From: Actinomycetes bacterium | GTDB lineage: Bacteria > Actinomycetota > Actinomycetes > Nanopelagicales > Nanopelagicaceae | DNA length: 64,000 nt | Assembly (NCBI GenBank): GCA_014190015.1 | Contig: BJFT01000002.1 | Span: 4,169 to 68,168 of the forward strand | Reading direction: 5' to 3' | Part shown: positions 19,163 to 30,237 of the stretch, piece by piece | Layout: the number at the start of each line of letters is the position of its first letter | Numbering within the stretch: position 1 is the stretch's first letter | Notes under the pieces: generated by a model | What the model was told of the DNA's origin: nothing | Database searches by the model: none | The model's input: the letters and a program-made list of their open reading frames with translations, nothing else | Program-made: the position numbers and the translations under genes

Positions 19163-19199
19163 ACCCTAAAGAGTGATGTGAGAGAAAATGCGAGCGTGC

Positions 19200-20639
19200 T
19201 TAGCGATAAGCAGGGGCTACGCCACCAATGGCGTCACCAACTATATGCACGCGCATCGCGTTCGTTGATCCTGGAATTCCAGGAGGTGAGCCTGCAACAA
19301 TCATTACGTTTTCACCTTTTTTAGCGCGACCGCTTTGAATCAAAACTGTGTCTACCAACTTAACCATGTCATCAGTGTGCTTAACCATCTCTGTAATCAT
19401 CGGTTCGATGCCCCATGTAAGAGCAAGACGGTTATAGGTTCCAACTTCTGGTGTCAGGGCCAAAATAGGAATTGGAGAACGAAGACGTGACATACGACGA
19501 GCAGAATCTCCACTTTGCGTAAAGGCAACTAAGTATTTAGCTTCAACAATTGCGCCCACTTCAGTGGCTGCCTTTGTGATTGCGCCACCTTTTGTTCGTG
19601 GCGAATTAATCATCGGACGGATGCGCTCTAGTCCACCTTCTTCTGTTTTTTGAATAATTCGAGCCATAGTTTCTACGGCTTCAATTGCAAATTCACCAAC
19701 GCTGGTTTCCCCTGAGAGCATCAACGCATCGGCGCCATCTAATACTGCGTTGGCGCAATCAGTTGCTTCAGCACGCGTTGGTCTGGAATTTGTAATCATT
19801 GAATCCAACATCTGAGTTGCAACAATGACGGGCTTGGCTGCATCTCGAGCGAGTTCGATGCAATGCTTTTGAACCAGTGGAACATCTTCTATTGGAAGCT
19901 CAACGCCAAGATCTCCGCGAGCAACCATGATGCCATCAAATGCTGCAACGATTCCCTCGAGATTTGCTACTGCTTGCGGCTTTTCGATTTTAGCAATTAC
20001 GGGAATTCGAATTCCTTCTTCATCCATAATGCGATGTACATCTTTAATGTCATCGGCGCTTCGAACAAATGAGAGTGCGATGAAATCGGCGCCTGCCTTT
20101 AGGCCCCAGCGCAGATCATCGATATCTTTTTCAGAAAGTGCAGGCACAGAGACTGCAACTCCTGGCAAGTTAATTCCCTTGTTATTGCTCACTGCACCTG
20201 GCTCAATAACTTTCGTAACTACATCTGTTTGGGTAACGGATGTAACTTCTACCGTTACTTTTCCGTCATCGATAAGAATGCGATCTCCAGCTTTGCAATC
20301 CCCTGGCAATCCTTTATATGTGGTTCCTACGCGATCCTTAGTTCCTTCAATTTCATCCGTAGTAATCGTGAAAACATCTCCTCGAGATAATTCATGCGGA
20401 CCGTTAGCAAAACGAGCCAAGCGAATCTTTGGTCCCTGTAAATCAACTAGAACGGCGATCGGAACTCCAGCCTTAGCGGCTGCGTTTCGTACGGCATCCA
20501 TTCGGCTCTGATGTTCAGCGTAAGAGCCGTGAGAGAGATTAAGGCGAGCCATATTCATGCCGGCTGCAATTAACTGCTCAACTTTTCCGGCAGCTTCAAC
20601 TGCTGGACCCATTGTGCAAACTATTTTCGCGTGGCGCAT
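19200..20639 (-). CDS. pyk: Pyruvate kinase
   Basis: KIVCTMGP, RLNLSHG, DLQGPKIR, AKIEK, MVARGDLGVE, ATQMLDSM, LSGET. Confidence 0.99.
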   Translation of the reverse strand: MRHAKIVCTMGPAVEAAGKVEQLIAAGMNMARLNLSHGSYAEHQSRMDAVRNAAAKAGVPIAVLVDLQGPKIRLARFANGPHELSRGDVFTITTDEIEGTKDRVGTTYKGLPGDCKAGDRILIDDGKVTVEVTSVTQTDVVTKVIEPGAVSNNKGINLPGVAVSVPALSEKDIDDLRWGLKAGADFIALSFVRSADDIKDVHRIMDEEGIRIPVIAKIEKPQAVANLEGIVAAFDGIMVARGDLGVELPIEDVPLVQKHCIELARDAAKPVIVATQMLDSMITNSRPTRAEATDCANAVLDGADALMLSGETSVGEFAIEAVETMARIIQKTEEGGLERIRPMINSPRTKGGAITKAATEVGAIVEAKYLVAFTQSGDSARRMSRLRSPIPILALTPEVGTYNRLALTWGIEPMITEMVKHTDDMVKLVDTVLIQSGRAKKGENVMIVAGSPPGIPGSTNAMRVHIVGDAIGGVAPAYR

Positions 20640-20645
20640 GGCAAT

Positions 20646-20651
20646 AGTCTA
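20646..20651 (-). promoter_or_regulatory. Putative -10 box (TAGACT), leaderless pyk
   Basis: TANNNT 6 nt upstream of ATG 20639. Confidence 0.7.
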
Positions 20652-20652
20652 T

Positions 20653-22110
20653 CTATAAAACTAACGGACGAGATGTCGGAACGATTGGTGCATGCAATTG
20701 TGATTTTTCTTCTGTTAAAAACGTATCAACTGCTGCCGCTGCGCTGCGACCTTCTGCAATAGCCCACACAATGAGTGATTGACCACGTCCAGCATCTCCA
20801 GCGACGAAAACTCCCTCAGTGGTTGTTTGAAAGTTTGCATCGCGTTTAATGTTTCCACGATCATCTAGTTCTACTTCAAGTTGTTTAATCAGTGCATTCT
20901 GTTCGGGGCCAGTGAATCCCATTGCTAGAAATGCGAATTGGGCTGGAATTTCTCGTTCTGTTCCTGGCACAGGTGAAAACTTTCCATCCTTGAATTCAGT
21001 TTCAACAATCTTGAGTGCTCGCAAATTTCCATCAGCATCACCTAAGAATTCTTCGGTGCTAACGGAGAAGATTCGATTATCTAACTCTTCGTGCGCACTC
21101 GATACTCTAAAAATCATTGGATATGTTGGCCACGGTGCACTTGATGGCCGTTCATCAGTTGGTCGCGGCATGATTTCTAATTGCGTAACAGATTTAGCGC
21201 CTTGGCGAATTGCAGTTCCTAGACAATCAGCGCCCGTATCTCCCCCACCTAAAATGATTACATCTTTGCCCTCAACATTTATTGGGCGTTCAGTAATTTC
21301 ACCTAGTGCTTCTTTGTTTCCCCATGGCAAATACTCCATGGCTTGATAAATTCCTTTGAAATCGCGGCCAGCAATATTGAGATCGCGCCATTGTGTAGCA
21401 CCAACAGCTAATACAACTGCGTCATAACGAGAGCGAAGTTGCGCGCCAGTTATATCCACGCCAACGTTTACGCCAGGTCTAAAACGAGTACCTTCTTTTT
21501 CCATCTGAACAAGTCTGCGATCAACAATGTGTTTTTCCATTTTGAACTCTGGAATTCCATAGCGAAGCAGACCGCCAATTTTTTCTGCACGCTCGAAGAC
21601 AGCAACCGTGTGACCGGCACGTGTGAGCTGTTGTGCAACTGCAAGACCAGCTGGACCAGAACCAATTACAGCAACAGTTTTTCCCGATAAGCGATCTGGA
21701 GGTAACGGTTTTACGTTAGAAGCTCCGAATGCTTCTTCAACGGTACGAAGTTCTACTTGTTTAATTGTGACAGCGTCAGCATTGATGCCAACAACGCACG
21801 CAGTTTCGCATGGAGCGGGACACAAGCGTCCTGTGAACTCTGGAAAATTATTTGTTGCGTGAAGGCGATCAATTGCACTCTCTTTGTCAGAGCGCCACAT
21901 CAAGTCATTCCACTCGGGAATTAGATTGCCTAGTGGGCACCCTTGATGACAGAACGGAATTCCGCAATCCATACAACGACCAGCTTGCTTTTGCAGGTGT
22001 TCAAAACTCTGCGGTTCATACACTTCGTTCCAGTCTTTAATGCGTACATCAACTGGACGACGCTTTGGTAGTTCACGTGGAGTGGATAAAAATCCTTTTG
22101 GATCAGCCAA
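20653..22110 (-). CDS. gltD: Glutamate synthase small (beta) subunit
   Basis: [40 protein letters not shown]. Confidence 0.98.
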   Translation of the reverse strand: MADPKGFLSTPRELPKRRPVDVRIKDWNEVYEPQSFEHLQKQAGRCMDCGIPFCHQGCPLGNLIPEWNDLMWRSDKESAIDRLHATNNFPEFTGRLCPAPCETACVVGINADAVTIKQVELRTVEEAFGASNVKPLPPDRLSGKTVAVIGSGPAGLAVAQQLTRAGHTVAVFERAEKIGGLLRYGIPEFKMEKHIVDRRLVQMEKEGTRFRPGVNVGVDITGAQLRSRYDAVVLAVGATQWRDLNIAGRDFKGIYQAMEYLPWGNKEALGEITERPINVEGKDVIILGGGDTGADCLGTAIRQGAKSVTQLEIMPRPTDERPSSAPWPTYPMIFRVSSAHEELDNRIFSVSTEEFLGDADGNLRALKIVETEFKDGKFSPVPGTEREIPAQFAFLAMGFTGPEQNALIKQLEVELDDRGNIKRDANFQTTTEGVFVAGDAGRGQSLIVWAIAEGRSAAAAVDTFLTEEKSQLHAPIVPTSRPLVL

Positions 22111-25100
22111 GTGAGGCCACCTCCATTACATACTGGTCAACGGGCAAACCTTCGCGATTGGCTTTTTCTATTGCTGCCAGAACGCGCGCGTAATCTCGTG
22201 GCATTACCAATGAGATTCGAGAGAGAGACTTATCCCAATCTGCCAAGAGTTCGTGCGCAATTAAAGAGCCCGTTTCAACTTCGAATGAAGAGATTAGTGA
22301 ACGAAGGTATTCTTTTTGATCATTAGGGACGGCAATGATGTCAACCATCTCTTGATTTACATTTGCTTCGACAACATCTAGTACGAATGCTCGTCCGCCG
22401 GACATACCTGCTGCGAAGTTTCTTCCTGTGCGACCTAGAACAACTACGGTACCGCCAGTCATGTATTCGCAACCATGGTCTCCAACGCCTTCTACAATTG
22501 CAGTTGCGCCTGAATTTCTCACGCAGAATCTTTCTCCAACCATTCCACGAATAAAGATTTCACCCGATGTTGCGCCGTAGCCAATAACGTTTCCAGCGAT
22601 GACATTTTCATGAGAAGCAAAAAGTGCCTTCTCATCTGGGCGAACAATTACTCGACCGCCTGAAATACCCTTTGCGACATAATCATTAGCATCACCATAT
22701 AAACGAATTGTCAGCCCGCGTGGAATAAATGCGCCTAAGGATTGTCCAGATGAACCATGAAGAGTGAGATTGATTGTGCCCGGTTCTAGACCATCGGCAC
22801 CGAAAGCACGAGTGATCTCTGTTCCCAGCATTGTTCCAACTGTGCGATTAACGTTGCGTACTGGCATATCAATTCGAACTGATTCTTTTTTCGTAAGGGC
22901 TGCAGCGGATAGTTCAATGAGTTTGTTATCAAGCGCGTTTACTAATCCGTGATCTTGAGTAGTAGTGCGATGAAGTGGGCTGGCAACATCTGGACGCATA
23001 AGCAGCGGAGCAAGATTTAATCCATGTGCTTTCCAGTAATTAACGGCATCGCGTGTGTCTAAGTATTCAACATGACCAATTGCTTCTTGCAGCGTTTTAA
23101 ATCCAAGTTGGGCCAAGAGCTCGCGTACTTCTTCGGCGATGTATTCAAAGAATGTTTCGACGAACTCAGGTTTACCCGTAAATCTTTTACGTAATTCTGG
23201 GTTCTGTGTTGCAACACCAACTGGACAAGTATCTAGGTGACATACGCGCATCATCACGCATCCTGAAACAACTAGTGGCGCGGTTGCAAAACCGAATTCT
23301 TCTGCTCCCAAGAGCGCTGCGATAACAACATCTCGACCAGTTTTTAGTTGTCCATCAGCTTGTACAACAATGCGATCGCGTAGACCATTTAGAAGCAAAG
23401 TCTGCTGAGTTTCAGCCAATCCTAATTCCCAAGGTGCACCTGCGTGCTTGAGTGATGTCAGAGGCGAAGCACCTGTGCCTCCATCATGACCGGAAATCAA
23501 AACAACATCTGCGTGTGCTTTGCTCACTCCTGCTGCAACTGTTCCGACACCAACTTCTGCCACCAACTTCACGTGAATGCGTGCTTTGTTATTTGCATTC
23601 TTTAAATCGTGAATGAGTTGAGCTAGGTCTTCAATTGAATAAATATCGTGGTGAGGTGGTGGCGAAATTAATCCAACTCCAGGAGTTGAGTATCTGACCT
23701 TTGCAATCCATGGATAAACCTTGTTGCCAGGTAGTTGTCCGCCTTCTCCTGGTTTCGCTCCTTGGGCAATCTTGATTTGAATGTCATCGGCATTAACTAA
23801 ATAATCACTGGTAACACCAAAACGACCGCTAGCAACTTGCTTAATTGCCGAACGCTTTGAATCACCATTAGCCATTGGAAGGTAGCGATCAGGATCTTCG
23901 CCACCTTCGCCAGTGTTTGATTTAGCGCCGATGCGATTCATGGCAATAGCCAACGTTTCGTGAGCTTCTTGTGAAATCGATCCATATGACATTGCGCCAG
24001 TAGAAAAACGTTTCAGGATTGAAGAAATAGGTTCTACTTCATCAATTGAAATAGGGGTCCGTTCTTTAAAAGCAAACAAACCTCGCAGAGTCATTAGTTC
24101 TTTGCTCTGCTCGTCAATCTTTTGTGTGTACCGCTTAAAAATGTCATATCTCTTTGCGCGAGTTGAATGCTGCAGAGTAAATACAGTTTCTGGATCAAAT
24201 AGATGTGGTTCACCTTCACGGCGCCATTGATACTCGCCACCGATTGGAAGCCTGCGAGAACCAGGAACTTCTCCACCAGGTGGATAAGCAACGTGATGGC
24301 GAGCAATGGTTTCTTTAGCAATGATGTCTAAATCGATTCCGCCAAGACGTGAAGTTGTGCCAGTGAAATATCTATCTACAAGATCTTGAGACAGGCCAAT
24401 TGCTTCGAAAACTTGGGCCCCGGTGTAAGAAGCTATTGTTGAGATGCCCATCTTGGACATTACTTTAAGAACGCCTTTACCTAAACTTTTAATGAGATTG
24501 CGAACAGCCTTCTCAGGAGTGATACCGGTAATCACACCTTGGAGAACTAGATCTTCTGCGCTCTCCATAGCAAGATATGGATTAACTGCAGCGGCGCCAT
24601 ATCCAATCAGTAATGCAACATGGTGAACTTCACGAACGTCACCAGCTTCAACAATTAAACCAACTGTCGTACGAGTTTTTTCGCGAATTAAATGGTGGTG
24701 CACTGCAGATGTAAGTAGCAAAGAAGGAATAGGTGCATCCTCAGCGTCGCCATCTCTGTCGGATAAAACAATTATGCGCGCACCATCTGCAATCGCGGCA
24801 GATACTTCTGCACAAATTTCATCTAATCGACTGCGAAGTGAGTCTCCGCCACCAGCAACTTGAAAGAGTCCACGAACAACGTATGCGGATAATCCGGGAT
24901 GATCACCGTCTGCGTTCACGTGAATGATTTTTGCTAATTCGTCGTTATCGATTACAGGAAATGCGAGAGATATCTGTCGGCAGGATGATGGACCTGGATC
25001 TAATAAATTGTGTTCTGGTCCTACAGATCCGCCCAAACTTGTTACTAGTTCTTCGCGAATGGCATCCAATGGTGGATTTGTTACTTGAGCAAATAGTTGT

Positions 25101-26614
25101 GAGAAATAATCAAATAAAAGCCTTGGTTTTTCAGAAAGAGCAGCAATTGGTGAATCAGTTCCCATGGAACCAAGTGGCTCTGCGCCATTTTTTGCCATCG
25201 GAGTCACAAGAATTCGCAACTCTTCTTCTGTATAACCAAATGCTCGCTGTCTACGCACAACTGATGAGTGCGGATAAATAATGTGTTCACGCGGCTGCAG
25301 TTCCTTGAGACTGATCATTCCTGCGTGAAGCCACTCTCCATAAGGTGCACTGCGAGCCAAAGAATCTTTAATTTCTTCATCTTCAATAATGCGGCCCTGT
25401 TCAATATCTACAAGAAACATTTTTCCTGGTTGTAAACGTCCTTTTCGAGCAATTTGATCTGCAGGAAAATCAAGAACACCTACTTCACTCGCTAAGACAA
25501 CTAGGCCATCTTTTGTAATCCAGAAACGTGAGGGACGCAATCCATTTCGATCGAGTACTGCGCCAATTTGATGACCATCTGTAAAAGTGACACACGCAGG
25601 TCCGTCCCAAGGTTCCATAAGTGATGCATGGAATGCGTAAAAATCTCTGCGCTCTTGCGACATAGAAGTGTGGTTTTCCCACGCTTCAGGAATCATCATT
25701 AATACTGAATGAGGTAGTGAGCGTCCACCTAAATACAGAAGTTCGAGAACTTCATCAAATGATGCAGAGTCACTCCCACTTGGATCAACGATAGGAAAGA
25801 TTCTCTTGATATCACCTGGAATTAACTCACTCTGCAAGAGCGTTTCACGGGCACGCATCCAATTTCGATTACCTTTGACCGTATTGATTTCACCATTGTG
25901 GGCAATAAATCGATAAGGATGAGCCAAAGGCCACGATGGAAATGTATTAGTGGAAAAACGTGAATGAACTAATGCAATCGGAGAGATAACTCTTTCATCA
26001 CTGAGATCTGGAAAGAATTCTTCTAACTGACCTGTTGTAAGCATTCCTTTATAAACAATAGTTTTTGAGGACAGCGACGGGAAATAGATAGGCAGTGAAT
26101 GCTCAGCTCGTTTACGTAAACAAAAAGCCAATCGATCTAAGTTGATGCCAGATTCTTTCTTTGCACCTGCAAGAAAAATCTGCTCAAAACGAGGCATGAC
26201 AGAGACGGCTGTTTTTCCAAGTGAAGCCGCATTAATTGGCAATTCGCGCCAACCAAGAACTATCAATCCTTCTTCTTGAGCGAGTGACTCAATAGATTTT
26301 TTTACATCCGCACCAGGGTCGATAAATGCAATGCCTGTTGCGTAAAAACCTTCTTTAGGTAATTCGAATTCAACAACCGAGCGGTAGAAATCATCTGGAA
26401 CGCAGATCAGAATTCCTGCGCCATCTCCGCTATCTGGTTCCGCGCCCGATGCACCACGATGTTCAAGATTTCGTAGCGCAGTAAGGCCTTGAGCAACAAT
26501 TGAATGAGTAGCAACTTTATTTAACGTAGCAACCATCGCAACGCCACAAGCATCATGCTCGTTGGCAGGGTCATATAAACCCTGTGCGCGTGGATAGTTG
26601 GATTGCAAACTCAT
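22103..26614 (-). CDS. gltB: Glutamate synthase large (alpha) subunit
   Basis: EHDACGV (N-terminal nucleophile Cys), [38 protein letters not shown]. Confidence 0.99.
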   Translation of the reverse strand: MSLQSNYPRAQGLYDPANEHDACGVAMVATLNKVATHSIVAQGLTALRNLEHRGASGAEPDSGDGAGILICVPDDFYRSVVEFELPKEGFYATGIAFIDPGADVKKSIESLAQEEGLIVLGWRELPINAASLGKTAVSVMPRFEQIFLAGAKKESGINLDRLAFCLRKRAEHSLPIYFPSLSSKTIVYKGMLTTGQLEEFFPDLSDERVISPIALVHSRFSTNTFPSWPLAHPYRFIAHNGEINTVKGNRNWMRARETLLQSELIPGDIKRIFPIVDPSGSDSASFDEVLELLYLGGRSLPHSVLMMIPEAWENHTSMSQERRDFYAFHASLMEPWDGPACVTFTDGHQIGAVLDRNGLRPSRFWITKDGLVVLASEVGVLDFPADQIARKGRLQPGKMFLVDIEQGRIIEDEEIKDSLARSAPYGEWLHAGMISLKELQPREHIIYPHSSVVRRQRAFGYTEEELRILVTPMAKNGAEPLGSMGTDSPIAALSEKPRLLFDYFSQLFAQVTNPPLDAIREELVTSLGGSVGPEHNLLDPGPSSCRQISLAFPVIDNDELAKIIHVNADGDHPGLSAYVVRGLFQVAGGGDSLRSRLDEICAEVSAAIADGARIIVLSDRDGDAEDAPIPSLLLTSAVHHHLIREKTRTTVGLIVEAGDVREVHHVALLIGYGAAAVNPYLAMESAEDLVLQGVITGITPEKAVRNLIKSLGKGVLKVMSKMGISTIASYTGAQVFEAIGLSQDLVDRYFTGTTSRLGGIDLDIIAKETIARHHVAYPPGGEVPGSRRLPIGGEYQWRREGEPHLFDPETVFTLQHSTRAKRYDIFKRYTQKIDEQSKELMTLRGLFAFKERTPISIDEVEPISSILKRFSTGAMSYGSISQEAHETLAIAMNRIGAKSNTGEGGEDPDRYLPMANGDSKRSAIKQVASGRFGVTSDYLVNADDIQIKIAQGAKPGEGGQLPGNKVYPWIAKVRYSTPGVGLISPPPHHDIYSIEDLAQLIHDLKNANNKARIHVKLVAEVGVGTVAAGVSKAHADVVLISGHDGGTGASPLTSLKHAGAPWELGLAETQQTLLLNGLRDRIVVQADGQLKTGRDVVIAALLGAEEFGFATAPLVVSGCVMMRVCHLDTCPVGVATQNPELRKRFTGKPEFVETFFEYIAEEVRELLAQLGFKTLQEAIGHVEYLDTRDAVNYWKAHGLNLAPLLMRPDVASPLHRTTTQDHGLVNALDNKLIELSAAALTKKESVRIDMPVRNVNRTVGTMLGTEITRAFGADGLEPGTINLTLHGSSGQSLGAFIPRGLTIRLYGDANDYVAKGISGGRVIVRPDEKALFASHENVIAGNVIGYGATSGEIFIRGMVGERFCVRNSGATAIVEGVGDHGCEYMTGGTVVVLGRTGRNFAAGMSGGRAFVLDVVEANVNQEMVDIIAVPNDQKEYLRSLISSFEVETGSLIAHELLADWDKSLSRISLVMPRDYARVLAAIEKANREGLPVDQYVMEVASLG

Positions 26615-26694
26615 GGCTTTCAGTGCTCCAGTTGTCGAGAATTATTTAGGGACAACCTTGGCCCTTGTGAGTATTACGAGGCAAAGCGTAGCAA

Positions 26695-26710
26695 GGATTG
26701 CGGGCAATCC
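26695..26710. promoter_or_regulatory. 16-bp dyad GGATTGC-NN-GCAATCC upstream of gltB, candidate operator
   Basis: Perfect 7-bp arms; lies 4 bp upstream of a putative -10 TACGCT (26690-26685). Confidence 0.5.
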
Positions 26711-26728
26711 AATAGTGAATTTGCTGGA

Positions 26729-27436
26729 TTAAATCCCGCTGATATGCGCGAGCTGTCCAATTCCTGCAGTAATAGCCATGCCAACACAGCCACCAAGCAT
26801 GACTCGCAGAGTTGGCTTAAGTGGTGCTGATCCTGCGATTCGTGCACTGAGGACTCCGGTAACTAGAAGTCCTGCAAGTGTGAAACCGACGATGCTCCAC
26901 GCTTTGGCACCAAGAGTTGGAGCAAATGCACCTAAGAAAGGAATAACTCCGCCCAATGTAAAACTTGCAGCGGAGGCAATCGCGGCTTGAATTGGGCGCG
27001 CTTTTGTATGCGGGTGCTGGCCGAGTTCATCACGCAGGTGCGCAGTTAACGCATCATTTTCATGCATCGCATTGGCAACTTGCTCTGCTAACTCTGGAGT
27101 AAGTCCACGATCAACATAAATTTGCTTAAGCTCTTGCAACTCACCATCTGGATCAATCGCTAGGTGTTGAATTTCTAAAAGGCGATCAGATTCTTCAATA
27201 TCATTTTGTGAACGAACGGATACGTACTCACCTACTGCCATTGACATAGCACCCGCCGAAATTCCAGCAAGGCCTGCAGTAATTAAGAAACTATCGGCCT
27301 GTGCAGCTGCTACACCAATCATGAGAGAAGCAGTAGAAACCAAACCATCATTTGCACCGAGTACTGCTGCTCTAAGCCAACCAGCGCGGTGGGTTCGGTG
27401 CTCTAGATTGCGGGCGTAAACATCTTCCAAGGCCAT
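26729..27436 (-). CDS. VIT1/CCC1 family Fe/Mn transporter
   Basis: WLRAAVLGANDGLVST, SMAVGEYVSVRSQ, HLRDELG. Confidence 0.93.
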   Translation of the reverse strand: MALEDVYARNLEHRTHRAGWLRAAVLGANDGLVSTASLMIGVAAAQADSFLITAGLAGISAGAMSMAVGEYVSVRSQNDIEESDRLLEIQHLAIDPDGELQELKQIYVDRGLTPELAEQVANAMHENDALTAHLRDELGQHPHTKARPIQAAIASAASFTLGGVIPFLGAFAPTLGAKAWSIVGFTLAGLLVTGVLSARIAGSAPLKPTLRVMLGGCVGMAITAGIGQLAHISGI

Positions 27437-27438
27437 CT

Positions 27439-28251
27439 TTAAATCTTAGCCGAAGAGCGTCCCAATCGTAGGTAATTCAGCACCGCAATAGTTGCAACAA
27501 TTGCGCTAACCCACACATTTACACGCACACCGGCGATGGTATTTGCTTGATCAATTCGAAGAACTTCAATCATTAATCGCCCGACGCTATATAACGCCAC
27601 ATAGGCACTAAATATCTGTCCTGGTGCCCATTTCTTTTTAACAAGGATAAGCGCTGTTGCAATCAGAGTGCACCAGATTAATTCGTACAAAAATGCTGGG
27701 TGAAATGTTTCAAATGCTGTGTAACCATCTGGACGCAGTGATTGTGGAATTTCTAGTGCCCAAGGTAGATCTGTAGGGCGACCGAATAACTCACCATTAA
27801 ACCAATTACCTAAACGCCCAATAGCTTGCGCCAGCAAAATGCCAGGAGCGAGTGCATCGAGGAAATAACCGAAAGGTGGCAAATCCTTTTTCTTTTGCGC
27901 CTTCTTATATGCAAAATAAGCTGCGATTGCTCCGACTGAGATTGCTCCCCAAATTCCTAATCCGCCTTGCCAAATTTTGAAAGCATCAAGCGGTTCGCCA
28001 TTTTTACCAAAATAATTATTTGGCGAAGAGATGACGTGATACAGACGTCCACCGATAATTCCAAATGGAACCGCCCAGATGGCAACATCTGCAACGACAT
28101 TTTCTAAATTATCACCGTGAGTCTTAAAGCGTTTATCTCCGAGCCAAACAGCGATAACAATGCCAGCGATAATACAGAGTGCGTAGAAATGAATTGTGAA
28201 TGGACCGATTTCCAATACCGAGGTAGTCGGTGTTGGAATCGATCTATTCAA
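27439..28251 (-). CDS. lgt: Prolipoprotein diacylglyceryl transferase
   Basis: IGGRLYHV, WQGGLGIWG, QAIGRLGNWFNGELFG, HPAFLYE. TTG start. Confidence 0.97.
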   Translation of the reverse strand: MNRSIPTPTTSVLEIGPFTIHFYALCIIAGIVIAVWLGDKRFKTHGDNLENVVADVAIWAVPFGIIGGRLYHVISSPNNYFGKNGEPLDAFKIWQGGLGIWGAISVGAIAAYFAYKKAQKKKDLPPFGYFLDALAPGILLAQAIGRLGNWFNGELFGRPTDLPWALEIPQSLRPDGYTAFETFHPAFLYELIWCTLIATALILVKKKWAPGQIFSAYVALYSVGRLMIEVLRIDQANTIAGVRVNVWVSAIVATIAVLNYLRLGRSSAKI

Positions 28252-28255
28252 AGTT

Positions 28256-28948
28256 TTACTTACCTTCTACAGCTCGAGCGAATGCTGCTGGATCAAAGTA
28301 ATCCCCGAGATCTGCTCCGGAAGTCGCTCTACGGATTTCTTTTCCATTAACAAAAACAGTTGGAGTAGAATTTACATTTGCTTCTCCACCGGATGCAGCA
28401 ACGTTATTTACCCAGTCGTTGTAATCAAGGTTGGCTACACAGCTCTTGAATTTATCGGATGTGATTCCGGCAAACTGACCAAGTGCGACTAGATAATCAG
28501 CAGTAACAGCTCCTGAATTTTCAGCAGGTAAGTTTTGGTAGAAAGCTCTGTGGAAACCTAAGAATTTATTCTCATCAGATGCACACGCTGCGGCATTTGC
28601 TGCGAGAACAGACTCAGGTCCAAGGAATGAAAGCGTATGGAATACAACTTTTGCTTTCTTCTCTTCAATAAGTTTTTCAATGTAATCACCATTGGTTTGT
28701 TCGAAACGAGCGCACACTGGACATTGGAAGTCTTCCCAAATATCAATAACTGGAACACCTGTCAGGTCGCCATTGAAAACAATGCCATAACCGTCTTCTT
28801 GGGAAACACTTGATGGAAGAGCCGCTGAAGTGTTCTCTCGATTGCTGATCACGGAGAAAATTGCTCCGACAGCAACTACGAGCGCAACCATTCCGATTAC
28901 TAGATTGCGAGTTACGTTATCTGGACCCTTAGGTGTCTTAGACGACAT
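28256..28948 (-). CDS. Membrane-anchored DsbA-family thioredoxin-fold protein
   Basis: N-terminal TM helix, EDFQCPVC active site, STPTVFVNG cis-Pro loop. Confidence 0.9.
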   Translation of the reverse strand: MSSKTPKGPDNVTRNLVIGMVALVVAVGAIFSVISNRENTSAALPSSVSQEDGYGIVFNGDLTGVPVIDIWEDFQCPVCARFEQTNGDYIEKLIEEKKAKVVFHTLSFLGPESVLAANAAACASDENKFLGFHRAFYQNLPAENSGAVTADYLVALGQFAGITSDKFKSCVANLDYNDWVNNVAASGGEANVNSTPTVFVNGKEIRRATSGADLGDYFDPAAFARAVEGK

Positions 28949-28951
28949 CTT

Positions 28952-29434
28952 TTATTCTCCCGGTGTTGGTTTTTGTTGAAGTGATTTATTTTTCTCAAGT
29001 GCAAACTTGGTTACAGGATAGCGAATAAGGTAAAAACCTAGAAGCGCGAAGCCTATGTCGCGCAGGATTGACTGCAAATACTTCGTCTCACTCGGATCAA
29101 CAGCGCCACCATCGCCAAAACAACCGCAATCGATCGATAGGCCACGAGCCCATGCTTGAGCGATTGCGATGATAAAGGCAACCATGAGAACAGAACCAAA
29201 AATGGCTGCATATCTAACTGCGACTCCAACAATGAGAAGTAGACCAGCGCCCATTTCGAGCCACGGCAGAATTATTCCGAAAGCATTTGCCAACCAAATT
29301 GGTAGCAACTCATATGCGCGCACAGCCATCATTGATTTATCCGGCGTGAAAGCTTTGAGATAACCGGCGTATAAAAGAACTCCACCCAGACCTAATCGCA
29401 CAAGCAATCCGATCCATGGTTGCGCTTTTTTCAT
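28952..29434 (-). CDS. MauE/DoxX-family membrane protein (CGC motif)
   Basis: Four TM segments; RAYELLP, LPWLEMGAGLLL, RGLSIDCGCFG. Confidence 0.88.
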   Translation of the reverse strand: MKKAQPWIGLLVRLGLGGVLLYAGYLKAFTPDKSMMAVRAYELLPIWLANAFGIILPWLEMGAGLLLIVGVAVRYAAIFGSVLMVAFIIAIAQAWARGLSIDCGCFGDGGAVDPSETKYLQSILRDIGFALLGFYLIRYPVTKFALEKNKSLQQKPTPGE

Positions 29435-30237
29435 CCCCGACCCTCTCGAACTCCCAGTGCTAATTGTTCAACAAGCGCACGTACGGCTTTTATTCCTGAA
29501 TCCAAAGAATCGGCCCCAGAAAGTGCATTGATAAATGCTGAACCAACGATAACGCCATCTGCGTATGCAGCTACTTCTTTGGCGTGTTCGCGGGTCGAAA
29601 CTCCTAGGCCTACAGCCACAGGCGTATCAGTTACCTTCCTAATTCGGTCCACTAAATCCTTAGCTCCAGATGAGATTCCAGTTCGTGCACCTGTGACACC
29701 CATGAGCGATGCTGCATAAACAAATCCAGAACACTGCGCCGTGACTTTTTCCAATCGCTGATCCGTTGTACTTGGCGCAACAACAAAAATGGAGTTGATA
29801 TCTGATTCTGCACACGCCGCTTTCCACGGTTGGGCCTCATCAACTGGAAGATCAGGAGTAATTACACCTGAACCAGAATTAGTAGAGATCGATGCGGCAA
29901 ACTCCTGAACACCATATTTCTCAACTGGATTCCAGTACGTCATAACGACACTTGGGATTCCACGGCTTGTTGCGTGAGCAAGGGCTTCAAAAACTTCTTT
30001 GGATCCTGTGCCAGCGTTTAAAGATCTACTTGCGGCTTCTTGAATAGTAGGACCGTCCATGACGGGATCGCTATAAGGAAATCCAATTTCGATTGCGTCA
30101 ACTCCCGCATCAGCAAAGGCGTCGATAACCGCTTTGCAACCTTCTTGGGTGGGATATCCAGCAGGAATGTAAGCAATCAGCGCTGCTCTATTTTCAGATT
30201 GAGTTTTTTTAAATAATTGAGCAAGCGGTGTTGTCAT
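29431..30237 (-). CDS. trpA: Tryptophan synthase alpha chain
   Basis: IEIGFPYSDPVMDGPTIQ, MGVTGAR, DGVIVGSA. Confidence 0.98.
   Translation of the reverse strand: MTTPLAQLFKKTQSENRAALIAYIPAGYPTQEGCKAVIDAFADAGVDAIEIGFPYSDPVMDGPTIQEAASRSLNAGTGSKEVFEALAHATSRGIPSVVMTYWNPVEKYGVQEFAASISTNSGSGVITPDLPVDEAQPWKAACAESDINSIFVVAPSTTDQRLEKVTAQCSGFVYAASLMGVTGARTGISSGAKDLVDRIRKVTDTPVAVGLGVSTREHAKEVAAYADGVIVGSAFINALSGADSLDSGIKAVRALVEQLALGVREGRG

Noticed and set aside
19076-19200. tRNA-Leu as an island or prophage integration site
   Set aside because: No integrase, no duplicated tRNA 3' end seen, no compositional shift; core genes on both sides.
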